DNA from: Limnothrix sp. BL-A-16
Lineage (GTDB): Bacteria; Cyanobacteriota; Cyanobacteriia; CACIAM-69d
Length of the DNA: 64,000 nucleotides
Direction: 5' to 3'
Assembly: GCA_041937175.2 (NCBI GenBank)
Contig: CP166615.1
Location: forward strand, 672,001 to 736,000
How positions within the stretch are numbered: the first letter of the stretch is position 1; every line of letters starts with the position of its first letter. A program made the position numbers and the translations under genes. Positions 31,248-41,815 of this stretch are shown here, piece by piece. Below the pieces are notes generated by a model. That model was not told where the DNA came from. It worked only from the letters and a program-made list of their open reading frames with translations, and did not search any database.

Positions 31248-34200
31248 TCAGGAACCACGAATGGGCAAACTCATTAAAAACTGCGACCCCTGGCCCAATT
31301 CCGATCGCACCGTTAAGCTGCCGCCATGTTTTTCCACCACAATTTGGCGAGCGATCGCTAAGCCCAATCCGGTGCCTTTGCCAACGGCCTTAGTAGTGAA
31401 TGTGGGATCAAAAATCTTGGCTTGTAACGCCTCATTCATGCCCTTGCCATTGTCTTGAATCGTTATTTGCACATGATCATCGACTTGTCGAGTACAAATC
31501 GTAATGACTTGCGGATGGGCAGTTAATTCTTCAAATGACTGTCCCTGAGCCAGCTCATCGAACATATCGATCGCATTGGCCAAAAGATTCATGAACACCT
31601 GATTAAGCTGTCCCGGAAAGCAATCGATTGCTGGAATGTCCCCATAGTCTTGAATGACTTCAATGGCAGGGCGATGCTCATTGGCTTTTAGTCGATACTT
31701 CAGAATCAGTAATGTGCTGTCAATTCCTTCATGTAAATTGGCTTGAATTTTATATTCCGTATCCGCCCGTGAAAAAGTGCGCAGACTGTTGCTAATACCC
31801 TTGATGCGATCGGTTGCTAACTGCATCGATTTCAATAGTGCTGGCAAATCTTCACTCAAAAAATCTAAATCAATCTCTTCTGCATTATCAGTGATGCTGG
31901 ATTCAGGGTTGGGATAATGTTGTTGATAGAGTTCTAAATGACCAATGAGATCCTGAAAAGAATCTTGCAAATTTTGAATGCTGCCGTTTAAAAAGCCGAT
32001 CGGATTATTAATTTCGTGAGCAACCCCAGCCACCAAGTTTCCTAAGGATGCCATTTTTTCGCTTTGAACGATCTGTAGCTGGGATTGTTCAAGTTGTTGA
32101 GCGTAGGTGCGTGCTTGCTGATAGAGACGAGCATTTTCCAGTGAAATAGCTGCTTGGGCACAGAGAAAATTTAGAACCAAGAGCCGATCGCTCGTAAACA
32201 CATTTTTCGCAGCTTGGTTGCTGAGATACAAAATGCCCACCAATTGCGATTGGTTGAGAATGGGTAAGCACAATATACTTTGGGGCATCGGGCGATCAAG
32301 AAAAGCATCCCCGATCGGCAAGTGGGTTTGACCTTCATTAATCACCACCGATTCTCTGGTATTTTTCACCCATTGAATGAGGGGTAAAGGCAGGGAATTT
32401 TCGTTCTGAAGGGGGATGGTGCAAAGCTTGGTTATTTCGGTGGAGGCGATCGCCCGCACTAACCATTCACCATCATGATCAGGAACCATCAAAATGCATT
32501 GGTCACCACCAGAATATTGCAAAATAATTTGCGTTAATTGTTGCAGTAATTCATCCAGTTGAATGGTGCTGGCGATACTTTGGGATGCTCGAATGATGGC
32601 TGCCAAATCGAGCATGACATTGAGATTTTGGCTGCTGGAATTTTGTGTGGCAGTGGAGCTGTAGGTTGCAGTCGCAATGGAAACAAATGTTTCCAGAGGA
32701 TTCAACTTCTCAGAAACCGATTCCAAAATCGGCGAGAGCAATTTTGGATAATGTTGTTCAAGGTCGCTTACCTTTGCCTTCGCGCCCCAGCGGGCATAGC
32801 AGTAATAGGCTTCCTGCATATAGCTGGCGGCGAATTTTTCCTTGTTCCAATCCAAGTAGAACTTAGCAGCCAGTTCATTCGCTAAAGCTTCTTCTTGTAA
32901 AAATCCCTGTGCCTTGGCTCCATCAATGGCGCGATCGTACAAAATACCGGCTTCGTAAAACTTTTCTAGTACGCGGCACTTTTCCGCTTCTAGCAGATCT
33001 GCCTTATGCTGATGGTTAATAGGCGATTGCCTGGCCCAAGGCGCTAAAGCTGTTTGTTGCTGTTCTCCAAGAGACAATGCTCGCGATCTCCCTAAGCTGG
33101 ACTGAGTAGTGGCAGCCCGAAAATAGGTTAACCCTGCATAGAAATGGAAAACTGAAATATGAATATGTCCCGTGATGATATACATGCAAGGAGAGCCTGC
33201 ATTGATATAATCAATAGCCCGCTCATAGTGATCAAAAAGATAAGCTAAAATCAATTTATAAATATAAGCAAATGCCAAGCCGGACGATTCATTTTTTTGT
33301 ACATACTGAGGGAACATCACCGTTTCATCATAGCTCTGACCAATTAGCCGATCGGGATAATCAGTGTTGGTCACAAAGCCTTGAAAAGCCTGTTGCTGCA
33401 TGCGCAGATAACTTACAGGATTTTCTCGCTTCATTTGGCTCAAAATGATGCAATATTGCTCCATATCCGGTTCTATGTCGGTTAGACAAAAGCCAGAGAA
33501 AAATTGATTAAAAAAGTAATTATTAATGCTATAGACTGCGTAGAGTAAATTGCCAGTTTCCATTCCCAACAGATAGCTTTCCTTGAGCATGGGAATAGTC
33601 GATCGCAAGGAGTTATGACGATGTTGAATAAAAATACTAAATAGAAAAAGAGTCATGGCCCGATATTCAGGAGCACTGAAGCGATCAAGTAGCTCCAAGG
33701 ACACCTTGCCAAACTGATATCCCTTTTCAAATTCATTGTAAAAATTGGTCAAAATCAGACCATAGCCACTGTAACCAATCATGGAAACAGAACTGTTACC
33801 AAATTCCAAAGACAAGCTCACCATCCGCGCACAAACCAATGGAAAGAGTTCTATCTTCACCATGTAGATCGGTGCAAAGAGTGCCGCCATTAACTTCATG
33901 GCTGCCATGATCCGAGGATTGGTCATGGGAGAAAGATGTCCCAGATCCTCAATGACATAATCTTCAAGTTGCTGAGCTAACGCTTCAAGCACTTGATGAT
34001 TCATGGTGGAGTTGGTTTGAGTGGGCAACGCCACACCCAATTCTGAAAGCGCATCAGACCCGATCGCGATCGCCTCTGACATTTGGTTGCGAGTAGCGAG
34101 AGCATTAATTTGAATTTTGTAGATTTCCACCTTGTCTAATGGGGTCTGAGCTGCCGTTAAAACCTGTTGACAATGATTGTCCATCTCGGCAATATCGCCC

Positions 34201-36662
34201 ATGAGACATGCCACTTCAGCCGCTAAGATATGTAGCTCTAAACTCAGGTGGTATTGTTTCTGCCAGCGATCATTGGACAGGAGCGATAACCCCGTGTTAA
34301 CAAAATTGCTGGCAGCCGCATAGGCCGTTGCTATTTTGGCTTTTTGGGCGGCTTCCAAATTACTTTGAGCCAAGGAAACCCGCTCTGCGTCGGTGGTGAG
34401 TAAGTCTTGGCCTAAATTTAGATGGTTAATAATATCAAATCGTCTATTTTCTAACTCTGAACCAGAGAGCTGAGTCTGCAAAAGTTGACCGATCGTCAGA
34501 TGGGTCATCGGTTTCTGAGCCGGATCAATCAGGGAATAGGCAGCCTGTTGGACGCGATCGTGTAAAAAACGATAGGTTGGATTAACCTGCGGTTCCTGCA
34601 CCTCCCGATCGGCTGGGGTTAGTACCTCCGGCTGAAAAAATTTATAGACCTGACTGTTGGGTAAAACCAATCCCTCTTGCAACGCTTTCCAAAGAGCATG
34701 GGCTGTTTCTGCGGCAGATTGTTGAGCAATGATCGAGAGGGTTACTAAGTCGAATTGGTTACCCAAGCAAGCCGCTAGCTTCAAGACCGATCGCGTGGAC
34801 TCAGGCAGCCTTTGAAGCCGCGCTGCCATAAACTCCACCACATCGTCAGTTGTGGTTAGGGTGTAGATACTGGAAATATCACATTCCCAATAGCAGGCTT
34901 CTCGGTTGAATGTAATCCAGCCTTCCTCGTGGAGCGACTTTAAAAATTGCGTTGTGAAGAAGGGATTACCCTGGGTTTTGCGATCGATTGATTGGGTCAG
35001 GGGTAATGCCCGATCGGGTGGGCAACGCAATGTATCAGCCACTAAGTCATTGGTATGCTCCAGGCTCAGCGGATTTAGCGTAATAGTATTAATGACTGCC
35101 TGTTCCTTTGCCAATTCCTCCAGGGTGACCATGAGGGGGTGAATGGGGGAAACCTCATTATCGCGATAGGCTCCCAACATGAGTAAATGGGCACTATCTC
35201 CCATCAACACTTTCAGAAGTTGCAAAGAGGCTAGATCTGCCCACTGTAAGTCATCTAAAAAAATGACAAGGGGATGATCGGGCCTTGTAAAAACCTGAAT
35301 AAACTTCTGAAACAGAAAATTAAACCGATTTTGGGCGGCTGTTCCGGACAATTCGGGCACGGCCGCCTGAGACCCAATGATCGTCTCCAGTTCGGGAATG
35401 ACTTCAATCAGAACTTGCCCACTTTCTCCCAATGCTTCCAGAATTTTGGTTCGCCACTGGCTTAATTGACTATCCGGCTCAGAGAGCAAATAGCTCATTA
35501 AGTCGCGGAACGCTTGCACAAAAGCCGACAAAGGAATATTGCGATTGAATTGGTCAAATTTTCCCTTGATGAAATAGCCTTTTTGGCGAGTGATGGGCTT
35601 GTGAATTTCATGAATAACGGCGGTTTTGCCAATTCCAGAAAATCCCGCCACCAGCATCAATTCTGTGCTTCCTTGGGCAACACGTTCAAAGGCCGCTAAT
35701 AAGCAAGCCACTTCCCGATCGCGCCCGTAGAGTTTGTCAGAAATCAGGAATCGATCGCTCAAATCGCGAGTTCCCAACTCAAAAGGCTGAATTTGTTGAG
35801 TGGCCTCCCACTGTGTCCAACATTGCTCCAGGTCGTGCTTTAACCCCTTCGCGGTTTGATAGCGATGTTCTGCATTTTTTGCCATTAATTTAGAAACAAT
35901 GGCCGCCACTATGGGGGGAATCGCGGGATTCACCTGATCAAGCGCTGTGGGTGTTTTGGCAATGTGACAGTGAATGAGCTTGAGGGGATCAGTCGCTTCA
36001 AAGGGAAGCCGACCACTCAGTAATTGATAAAACGTGACTCCAAGGGCATAAAAGTCTGTGCGATAATCGATGCCGCGATTCATACGGCCAGTTTGTTCAG
36101 GGGCTAAATAGGCAATGGTTCCCTCAAGAATATTCGGGTTCTGAATTTCCTGAGTTTCTTTGGGCAACACGGAAGCAATACTAAAGTCAATAATTTTGAT
36201 TACTTTGGTGCTGGGTTGAATCAAAATATTGGCGGGTTTAATATCTCGATGAATAACCCGACTTTGGTGCAAGTCATGGAGAATTTCGGATACCTGTAAG
36301 GCAATAGACAGAAAATCAGTCAACGAAATCGAGCATTGTTTTCGATAATCTTCTAGGGAGATAGCGCTGAAATCTTCCATCACCAAGGCATAACTGTTGC
36401 CATAGGCTTCTAGACTGTAGGGATGTACAATACCCGTAATATTCAAAGACTTAGCGATGCTATATTGATTGCGAAATTGTGTCAGCTCGTTAAAGCTGGG
36501 ATACTCATGGCAAAGGATTTTGATGACAACTGATCGCCCTGTATTGGTCTGAACTGCCCGGTAAACGGCTGTGCGCGATCCTGAGTAAAGTTGCTCAGTA
36601 ATTTCGTAACCATCAAGGCTGGGCCACAAAGTGGGCGAAGTTTGTTGCAGTGGGCTAGTCAT
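31248..36662 (-). CDS. Ser/Thr kinase-AAA ATPase-GAF-histidine kinase (HstK-like)
   Basis: HRDIKPAN, APEQTGRMNR, GFSGIGKT, FLDDLQWAD, FLHDRVQQAAY, GAF, HEINNP, GTGLGL. Confidence 0.93.
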   Translation of the reverse strand: MTSPLQQTSPTLWPSLDGYEITEQLYSGSRTAVYRAVQTNTGRSVVIKILCHEYPSFNELTQFRNQYSIAKSLNITGIVHPYSLEAYGNSYALVMEDFSAISLEDYRKQCSISLTDFLSIALQVSEILHDLHQSRVIHRDIKPANILIQPSTKVIKIIDFSIASVLPKETQEIQNPNILEGTIAYLAPEQTGRMNRGIDYRTDFYALGVTFYQLLSGRLPFEATDPLKLIHCHIAKTPTALDQVNPAIPPIVAAIVSKLMAKNAEHRYQTAKGLKHDLEQCWTQWEATQQIQPFELGTRDLSDRFLISDKLYGRDREVACLLAAFERVAQGSTELMLVAGFSGIGKTAVIHEIHKPITRQKGYFIKGKFDQFNRNIPLSAFVQAFRDLMSYLLSEPDSQLSQWRTKILEALGESGQVLIEVIPELETIIGSQAAVPELSGTAAQNRFNFLFQKFIQVFTRPDHPLVIFLDDLQWADLASLQLLKVLMGDSAHLLMLGAYRDNEVSPIHPLMVTLEELAKEQAVINTITLNPLSLEHTNDLVADTLRCPPDRALPLTQSIDRKTQGNPFFTTQFLKSLHEEGWITFNREACYWECDISSIYTLTTTDDVVEFMAARLQRLPESTRSVLKLAACLGNQFDLVTLSIIAQQSAAETAHALWKALQEGLVLPNSQVYKFFQPEVLTPADREVQEPQVNPTYRFLHDRVQQAAYSLIDPAQKPMTHLTIGQLLQTQLSGSELENRRFDIINHLNLGQDLLTTDAERVSLAQSNLEAAQKAKIATAYAAASNFVNTGLSLLSNDRWQKQYHLSLELHILAAEVACLMGDIAEMDNHCQQVLTAAQTPLDKVEIYKIQINALATRNQMSEAIAIGSDALSELGVALPTQTNSTMNHQVLEALAQQLEDYVIEDLGHLSPMTNPRIMAAMKLMAALFAPIYMVKIELFPLVCARMVSLSLEFGNSSVSMIGYSGYGLILTNFYNEFEKGYQFGKVSLELLDRFSAPEYRAMTLFLFSIFIQHRHNSLRSTIPMLKESYLLGMETGNLLYAVYSINNYFFNQFFSGFCLTDIEPDMEQYCIILSQMKRENPVSYLRMQQQAFQGFVTNTDYPDRLIGQSYDETVMFPQYVQKNESSGLAFAYIYKLILAYLFDHYERAIDYINAGSPCMYIITGHIHISVFHFYAGLTYFRAATTQSSLGRSRALSLGEQQQTALAPWARQSPINHQHKADLLEAEKCRVLEKFYEAGILYDRAIDGAKAQGFLQEEALANELAAKFYLDWNKEKFAASYMQEAYYCYARWGAKAKVSDLEQHYPKLLSPILESVSEKLNPLETFVSIATATYSSTATQNSSSQNLNVMLDLAAIIRASQSIASTIQLDELLQQLTQIILQYSGGDQCILMVPDHDGEWLVRAIASTEITKLCTIPLQNENSLPLPLIQWVKNTRESVVINEGQTHLPIGDAFLDRPMPQSILCLPILNQSQLVGILYLSNQAAKNVFTSDRLLVLNFLCAQAAISLENARLYQQARTYAQQLEQSQLQIVQSEKMASLGNLVAGVAHEINNPIGFLNGSIQNLQDSFQDLIGHLELYQQHYPNPESSITDNAEEIDLDFLSEDLPALLKSMQLATDRIKGISNSLRTFSRADTEYKIQANLHEGIDSTLLILKYRLKANEHRPAIEVIQDYGDIPAIDCFPGQLNQVFMNLLANAIDMFDELAQGQSFEELTAHPQVITICTRQVDDHVQITIQDNGKGMNEALQAKIFDPTFTTKAVGKGTGLGLAIARQIVVEKHGGSLTVRSELGQGSQFLMSLPIRGS

Positions 36663-37244
36663 GGGCCACGATCATGCAGTTGAGGGGTGGATTCAGCGCC
36701 TTAGTCCTGACCCAAGCCTTGATCAAGGCTGATCAGGCCATGGTCTTAAGTGTGGTTTGAAGAGTTTTGGGGCTTAACTTGACGACTGCTTGAGATCACG
36801 TTAGCTCGGCTCTGATCATAGCAATTGCAATCACAAGTTGCTAGATTAATGGGCAAAACATCGAATTAAGACCAGTAATAATCAAGCGAAGCTGTGTTAG
36901 AAGAATGCTCTAGAGTAGATTATCGAATGCTTTATAACTAAATAGTTATTTTTGAAATTATTGAACGATTTTCCCTGAAATTGACTTAAAAACGCGATTA
37001 AAAGTTTATTGAGAAATTAATTTCAAAAGATCTAGGCAGAAATTATACTGAAAATCTATAATAAGAATAGCATTTTCAAAATTTTTTGTTTTAAGAGCAT
37101 GATCAGGAGTGTTTTCAGTGATCACAAAAATTCATCGGTCGCGTAAACTAAAAATTTAGGCCCATTTGGTGCGTTGACTGATGAAATAAATTAGGTATTG
37201 GCTTTGATGCTGCAAATATTCCCTACATCAGTATTGAAAATCAA

Positions 37245-37655
37245 ATGAATAGACAGATGAACATAGAATCAATTGTCGAAATTTTGAAGGCAGACTATCA
37301 GAAATTTCCTAAAGATCAAACATTTGAAGTTTACGATCGGGAGGTTTATTTCAAAGATCCAACGAGCGAATTTCGAGGGGTCGATCGCTACCGAAAAACG
37401 ATCGCCTTTATTGACCAATGGTTTCAGGAGCCTCGCCTTACGCTGCATGAAATTGCCGTGACGACCGATCGCACGATTCGCACAGACTGGACTCTGACCT
37501 GGACAACACCACTCCCCTGGAAACCGCGAATTTCGATCACGGGTTGGAGCGAGCTGGGGTTGAATTCCCAAGGCTTAATCAACTCCCACATTGACTATTG
37601 GCAATGTTCGATCTGGGATGTGCTGAAACAGCATTTTGCTCGCGCAAACGATTGA
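37245..37655 (+). CDS. DUF2358/SnoaL-like protein
   Basis: [31 protein letters not shown]. Confidence 0.8.
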   Translation: MNRQMNIESIVEILKADYQKFPKDQTFEVYDREVYFKDPTSEFRGVDRYRKTIAFIDQWFQEPRLTLHEIAVTTDRTIRTDWTLTWTTPLPWKPRISITGWSELGLNSQGLINSHIDYWQCSIWDVLKQHFARAND

Positions 37656-37761
37656 CAGATCACGCAACCTACCTGAGACAGGCTTCAAAAAGCTTTACAA
37701 AAAACGCCATAATGGAGGCGCACTGGGCGATCGTCTCCTCCGAAACAAAGGCAATTCCATC

Positions 37762-38952
37762 ATGCGCGTAATTTTGATGACCGGCAAAGGCGGAGTCGGT
37801 AAAACCTCCGTCGCCGCAGCTACCGGCCTGCGCTGTGCCGAGCTGGGCTACAAAACCCTCGTCCTCAGTACCGATCCGGCCCATTCCTTAGCCGATAGCC
37901 TGGACTTAGAGTTGGGTCATGACCCGATCGCGGTGCGGCCGAACCTGTGGGCAGCGGAGTTGGATGCCCTGGCAGAATTAGAAGGAAATTGGGGCGCAGT
38001 GAAGCGCTACATTACGCAAGTCCTGCAAGCGCGTGGCCTAGAAGGTGTGCAAGCGGAAGAGTTGGCGATTTTGCCGGGAATGGACGAAATTTTTGCCCTG
38101 GTGCGCATGAAGCGGCACTACGACGAGGGTGAATATGAAGTCTTGATCATTGACTCAGCCCCTACGGGCACGGCTTTGCGGCTCTTGAGCCTGCCGGAGG
38201 TGGGCGGTTGGTACATGCGCCGCTTCTACAAACCGCTGCAAAGCATGTCTGTTGCCCTGCGTCCGTTGGTGGAGCCGATTTTTCGCCCGATCGCCGGTTT
38301 TTCATTGCCGGATAAGGAAGTGATGGACGCGCCCTACGAGTTCTATGAACAAATTGAGGCGTTGGAAAAAGTCTTAACCGACAGTTCCCAAACTTCGGTG
38401 CGGCTGGTGACCAATCCAGAAAAAATGGTGATTAAAGAATCGCTGCGGGCCCATGCCTACCTGAGTTTGTATAACGTGGCGACCGATATGGTGGTGGCCA
38501 ATCGGGTGATTCCGGCGGAGGTGAGCGATCCCTTTTTCGATCGCTGGAAAGCCGATCAACAGAAATATAAGGATGAAATTCATGAAAATTTCCGCCCCTT
38601 GCCGGTGAAAGAAGTGCCGCTCTTCTCTGAAGAACTGTGCGGATTGGCAGCGCTCGATCGCCTGAAGGAAACCCTTTATCCCAATAACGAAGATCCTGCC
38701 CAGGTCTATTACAAAGAAACAACCTTGCGTGTGGTGCAGGTGGACAACACCTACAGTCTGGAAATGTACTTGCCGGGCATTCCCAAGAGCCAGATTGAAC
38801 TGAGCAAAACCGGTGATGAACTGAATGTTCGGATCGGTAACCATCGCCGTAATTTGGTGTTGCCCCAAGCCCTGGCAGCCTTGCAACCCACGGGCGCTAA
38901 AATGGAAGAAGATTACCTGAAAATTCGCTTTTCCGAACCCGCTAAGGTCTAG
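37762..38952 (+). CDS. ArsA/GET3-family ATPase with C-terminal HSP20-like domain
   Basis: [22 protein letters not shown]. Confidence 0.93.
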   Translation: MRVILMTGKGGVGKTSVAAATGLRCAELGYKTLVLSTDPAHSLADSLDLELGHDPIAVRPNLWAAELDALAELEGNWGAVKRYITQVLQARGLEGVQAEELAILPGMDEIFALVRMKRHYDEGEYEVLIIDSAPTGTALRLLSLPEVGGWYMRRFYKPLQSMSVALRPLVEPIFRPIAGFSLPDKEVMDAPYEFYEQIEALEKVLTDSSQTSVRLVTNPEKMVIKESLRAHAYLSLYNVATDMVVANRVIPAEVSDPFFDRWKADQQKYKDEIHENFRPLPVKEVPLFSEELCGLAALDRLKETLYPNNEDPAQVYYKETTLRVVQVDNTYSLEMYLPGIPKSQIELSKTGDELNVRIGNHRRNLVLPQALAALQPTGAKMEEDYLKIRFSEPAKV

Positions 38953-38982
38953 CGTTGATTATTTGGTTCCCGTCACCTCAAA

Positions 38983-39256
38983 TCCTGAAAGCTTAAAAGA
39001 TCACGAACCTAGAAAGTAATTCCCCTGGAAGATCGTGATTTTACGAAGGTGCAGGCAAGGGGCTTAAGCCCCTTGTCTTCTGGGGAACTGGGTTAGGATA
39101 ATTTGGGCTAAGCCTGAAGGCTTAACAGTCACGAACCTGGAAAATAATTCTCCTAAAAGATCGTGATCTTGGAAGATCATGATTTTACAAAGGTGCAGGC
39201 AAGGGGCTTAAGCCCCTTGTCTTCTGGGGAACTGGGTTAAGATAATTTGGGCTAAG
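38983..39256. repeat. imperfect tandem duplication, each unit carrying the 20-bp palindrome
   Basis: perfect palindromes at 39056 and 39200 with near-identical flanks. Confidence 0.88.
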
Positions 39257-39375
39257 TGGGTGCTGAATTCAGATCAAACCGGTGTGTTCAGTATGAGTGA
39301 CAGCAGCATCAGAGCTGGCCAAAATTGGGTAGGTAATGATTTGGTTTTATAAAACTTCCTTGGTTCACAAGAATC

Positions 39376-41766
39376 ATGAAAAAAACAATATTTTCGGTGG
39401 CGCTCTTTGGTAGCGCTTTTTTACTATTTTGGGTGCAATTTATTGTTGCCAAAAGCTTGCTACCTCTGTTGGGAGGAACCCCGGCCGTTTGGAATGTTTG
39501 CCAGGCTTTCTTTCAAATTATGCTGTTGGCCGGCTATGGCTATGCGGCCTGGTTGGGCGATCGCCCGTCGTTGCGCTCTCAGTTTTGGATTCATGGAGTT
39601 GTGGCGATCGGGGGCGGTTTGGCGCTTTGGGGTCAGTTCAACCAAGTCTTTAGTCAATCAACCATGACTGTCGATCGCCCCTTAATGGCGCTGCTCCAAA
39701 TTTTGTTTTTAGGGGTGGCTTTGCCGTTTTTTGCCCTCTCAGCAACGGCTCCCTTGTTGCAACGGTGGGTATCGCAAACTCGCTTAGATTTGGGCAAAGA
39801 TCCCTATGTGCTTTATGCAGCGAGTAATGCGGGCAGCTTGTTAGGGGTTTTGGGATATCCAGGGGCTATTGAGCCGCTATTTTCCCTGATGGAGCAGCGA
39901 CAATTTTGGCAACTGGGCTATGGGGTTGAGCTGCTCCTAATTGGGGCCTGTGTGCTGATCACCTGGCGCGATCGCAATTGGAATTCTTTGAGCGATGCAA
40001 ATAATTTAGAACAATTTTCGCAATCGAAACAACCACCAGGATCAGAAAACTTTGAAAGCTTAGGAGACTTTAAAAAACTCGAAAAACTCGAAAATTTAGA
40101 AGAATTGACAATATTACAAGAACAATTAACCACCCTCGGTAATGCACCAGCCAGTTCAAAAAATGGCGCAGTGGTCAACCGCTTGGCGTTTGCTTCCGAG
40201 CCTGACAGCTCGCCAAACAAACCCTTGCAACCCACTTGGCGCGATCGCCTCCAATGGGCCCTATTTGCCTTCTTGCCTGCCAGCTTATCCCTGGGTGTCA
40301 CCACCTATGTCACCACGGATTTGGCGGCAATTCCCCTCTTTTGGGCAATTCCCCTCAGCCTCTATCTACTAACCTATATTGTCGCTTTTTCCAATTGGCG
40401 ATGGAGTGCGATCGCTTACCCATTGGCGATCGCTAGTTTGCCATTATTGGTGACTCCATTGGTGTTTTGGTCGCGGTTGGATGGGGCCCAAAATCTGTGG
40501 GTCATGTTGCCATTTCACTGGCTGGGGTTTGCGATCGCGGCCTTTGTTTGCCATCAAACCCTGGCGCTCATTAAGCCATCCGTAACCTACCTGACGCAGT
40601 TTTATTTCTGGATTGCTTTGGGGGGAGCCTTGGGCGGATCGTTTAACGCGATCGCTGCGCCCTACCTATTTCCCACAACCCAGGAATATCCCTTGGTGTT
40701 AATTTTGACACTGCTATCGGTCATTAATTCCCACCGCTTGCCCAAGTGGAGTTGGATCGCGATCGGGCTGGGATTTGGGGCGTTGCTAGCAGGCATTAAT
40801 TTCAATCATTTAGCTGATTATTGGGCCGCTTACTGCGTTGCCTTTGGTTTGCTGGCAGCGATTGGCTGGGCGCTGCAATTGCGGAAAACAAAGCTCATTT
40901 CTGCCGGTCTTGCAATTATTTTAATGATGCAATTTTCCGTGGGCTTACGGGGCGAGGTGCTGTTAATTGATCGCAGCTTTTTTGGGGTGAATCGGGTGGT
41001 GCGCGATCGCTCACGACAGGTCATGTCCTTGCTTCACGGCTCCACACTCCACGGCCAACAAAGCTTGCTGCCCCAACGGCGCGATCGACCGCTCACCTAC
41101 TTCACAGAAACGGGCCCGATCGGGGAATTTTTTGCGGGGTTTAATCAATTTCGGCGCGATCGGGTGGCGGTTTTGGGCTTGGGCATTGGTACGTTGGCCA
41201 GCTATGCCCAACCTAATCAGCAATGGACATTTTATGAAATTGATCCTACGGTGAAATTCATTGCCCAAAATCCCGCCTATTTCAGTTTTTTGGAATTGTC
41301 CAAGGGCAAGGTGGCAGTGGAAATTGGGGATGGCCGTTTAAAAATGCAAACGGTGGGCGATCACTCCCTAGATTTGGTGATTATGGATGCCTTTAGCTCC
41401 GACTCCATTCCTGTGCATTTAATTACCCGTGAAGCCATTGCCAGCTACCTGAATAAACTAGCTGATCGGGGCTTGATCTTAGTCAATATCACCAATCGCT
41501 ATCTTGACCTGTTGCCCGTCTTGGGAGCCATTAGCCAAGATTTGCGTTTAACGGCGATTCATCGCTGGGATTTGCGAATTTTGGAATCAGAAAAAGCAAT
41601 CGGTAAAACCCCTTCCCATTGGGTGGCGATCGCCCGCGCTCCTCAGGATTTGAATTGGTTAATCGATCGGCCCCAAACCCAATGGCAACCGGTTCCGCCC
41701 CAACCACCCAGCCAACTTTGGACAGACGATCGCTCCAGTTTGCTATCGGTGATTCGATCGCGCTAA
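39376..41766 (+). CDS. fused membrane domain/spermidine synthase-like SAM-dependent protein
   Basis: many TM helices, LLHGSTLHG, LGLGIGTL, YEIDP, GDGR, MDAFSSDSIPVHL, WTDD. Confidence 0.88.
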   Translation: MKKTIFSVALFGSAFLLFWVQFIVAKSLLPLLGGTPAVWNVCQAFFQIMLLAGYGYAAWLGDRPSLRSQFWIHGVVAIGGGLALWGQFNQVFSQSTMTVDRPLMALLQILFLGVALPFFALSATAPLLQRWVSQTRLDLGKDPYVLYAASNAGSLLGVLGYPGAIEPLFSLMEQRQFWQLGYGVELLLIGACVLITWRDRNWNSLSDANNLEQFSQSKQPPGSENFESLGDFKKLEKLENLEELTILQEQLTTLGNAPASSKNGAVVNRLAFASEPDSSPNKPLQPTWRDRLQWALFAFLPASLSLGVTTYVTTDLAAIPLFWAIPLSLYLLTYIVAFSNWRWSAIAYPLAIASLPLLVTPLVFWSRLDGAQNLWVMLPFHWLGFAIAAFVCHQTLALIKPSVTYLTQFYFWIALGGALGGSFNAIAAPYLFPTTQEYPLVLILTLLSVINSHRLPKWSWIAIGLGFGALLAGINFNHLADYWAAYCVAFGLLAAIGWALQLRKTKLISAGLAIILMMQFSVGLRGEVLLIDRSFFGVNRVVRDRSRQVMSLLHGSTLHGQQSLLPQRRDRPLTYFTETGPIGEFFAGFNQFRRDRVAVLGLGIGTLASYAQPNQQWTFYEIDPTVKFIAQNPAYFSFLELSKGKVAVEIGDGRLKMQTVGDHSLDLVIMDAFSSDSIPVHLITREAIASYLNKLADRGLILVNITNRYLDLLPVLGAISQDLRLTAIHRWDLRILESEKAIGKTPSHWVAIARAPQDLNWLIDRPQTQWQPVPPQPPSQLWTDDRSSLLSVIRSR

Positions 41767-41815
41767 ATCCGTTCCCTATTGGTGGGCAACTTGAGCGAAC
41801 TTGATCCCTGAAAAC

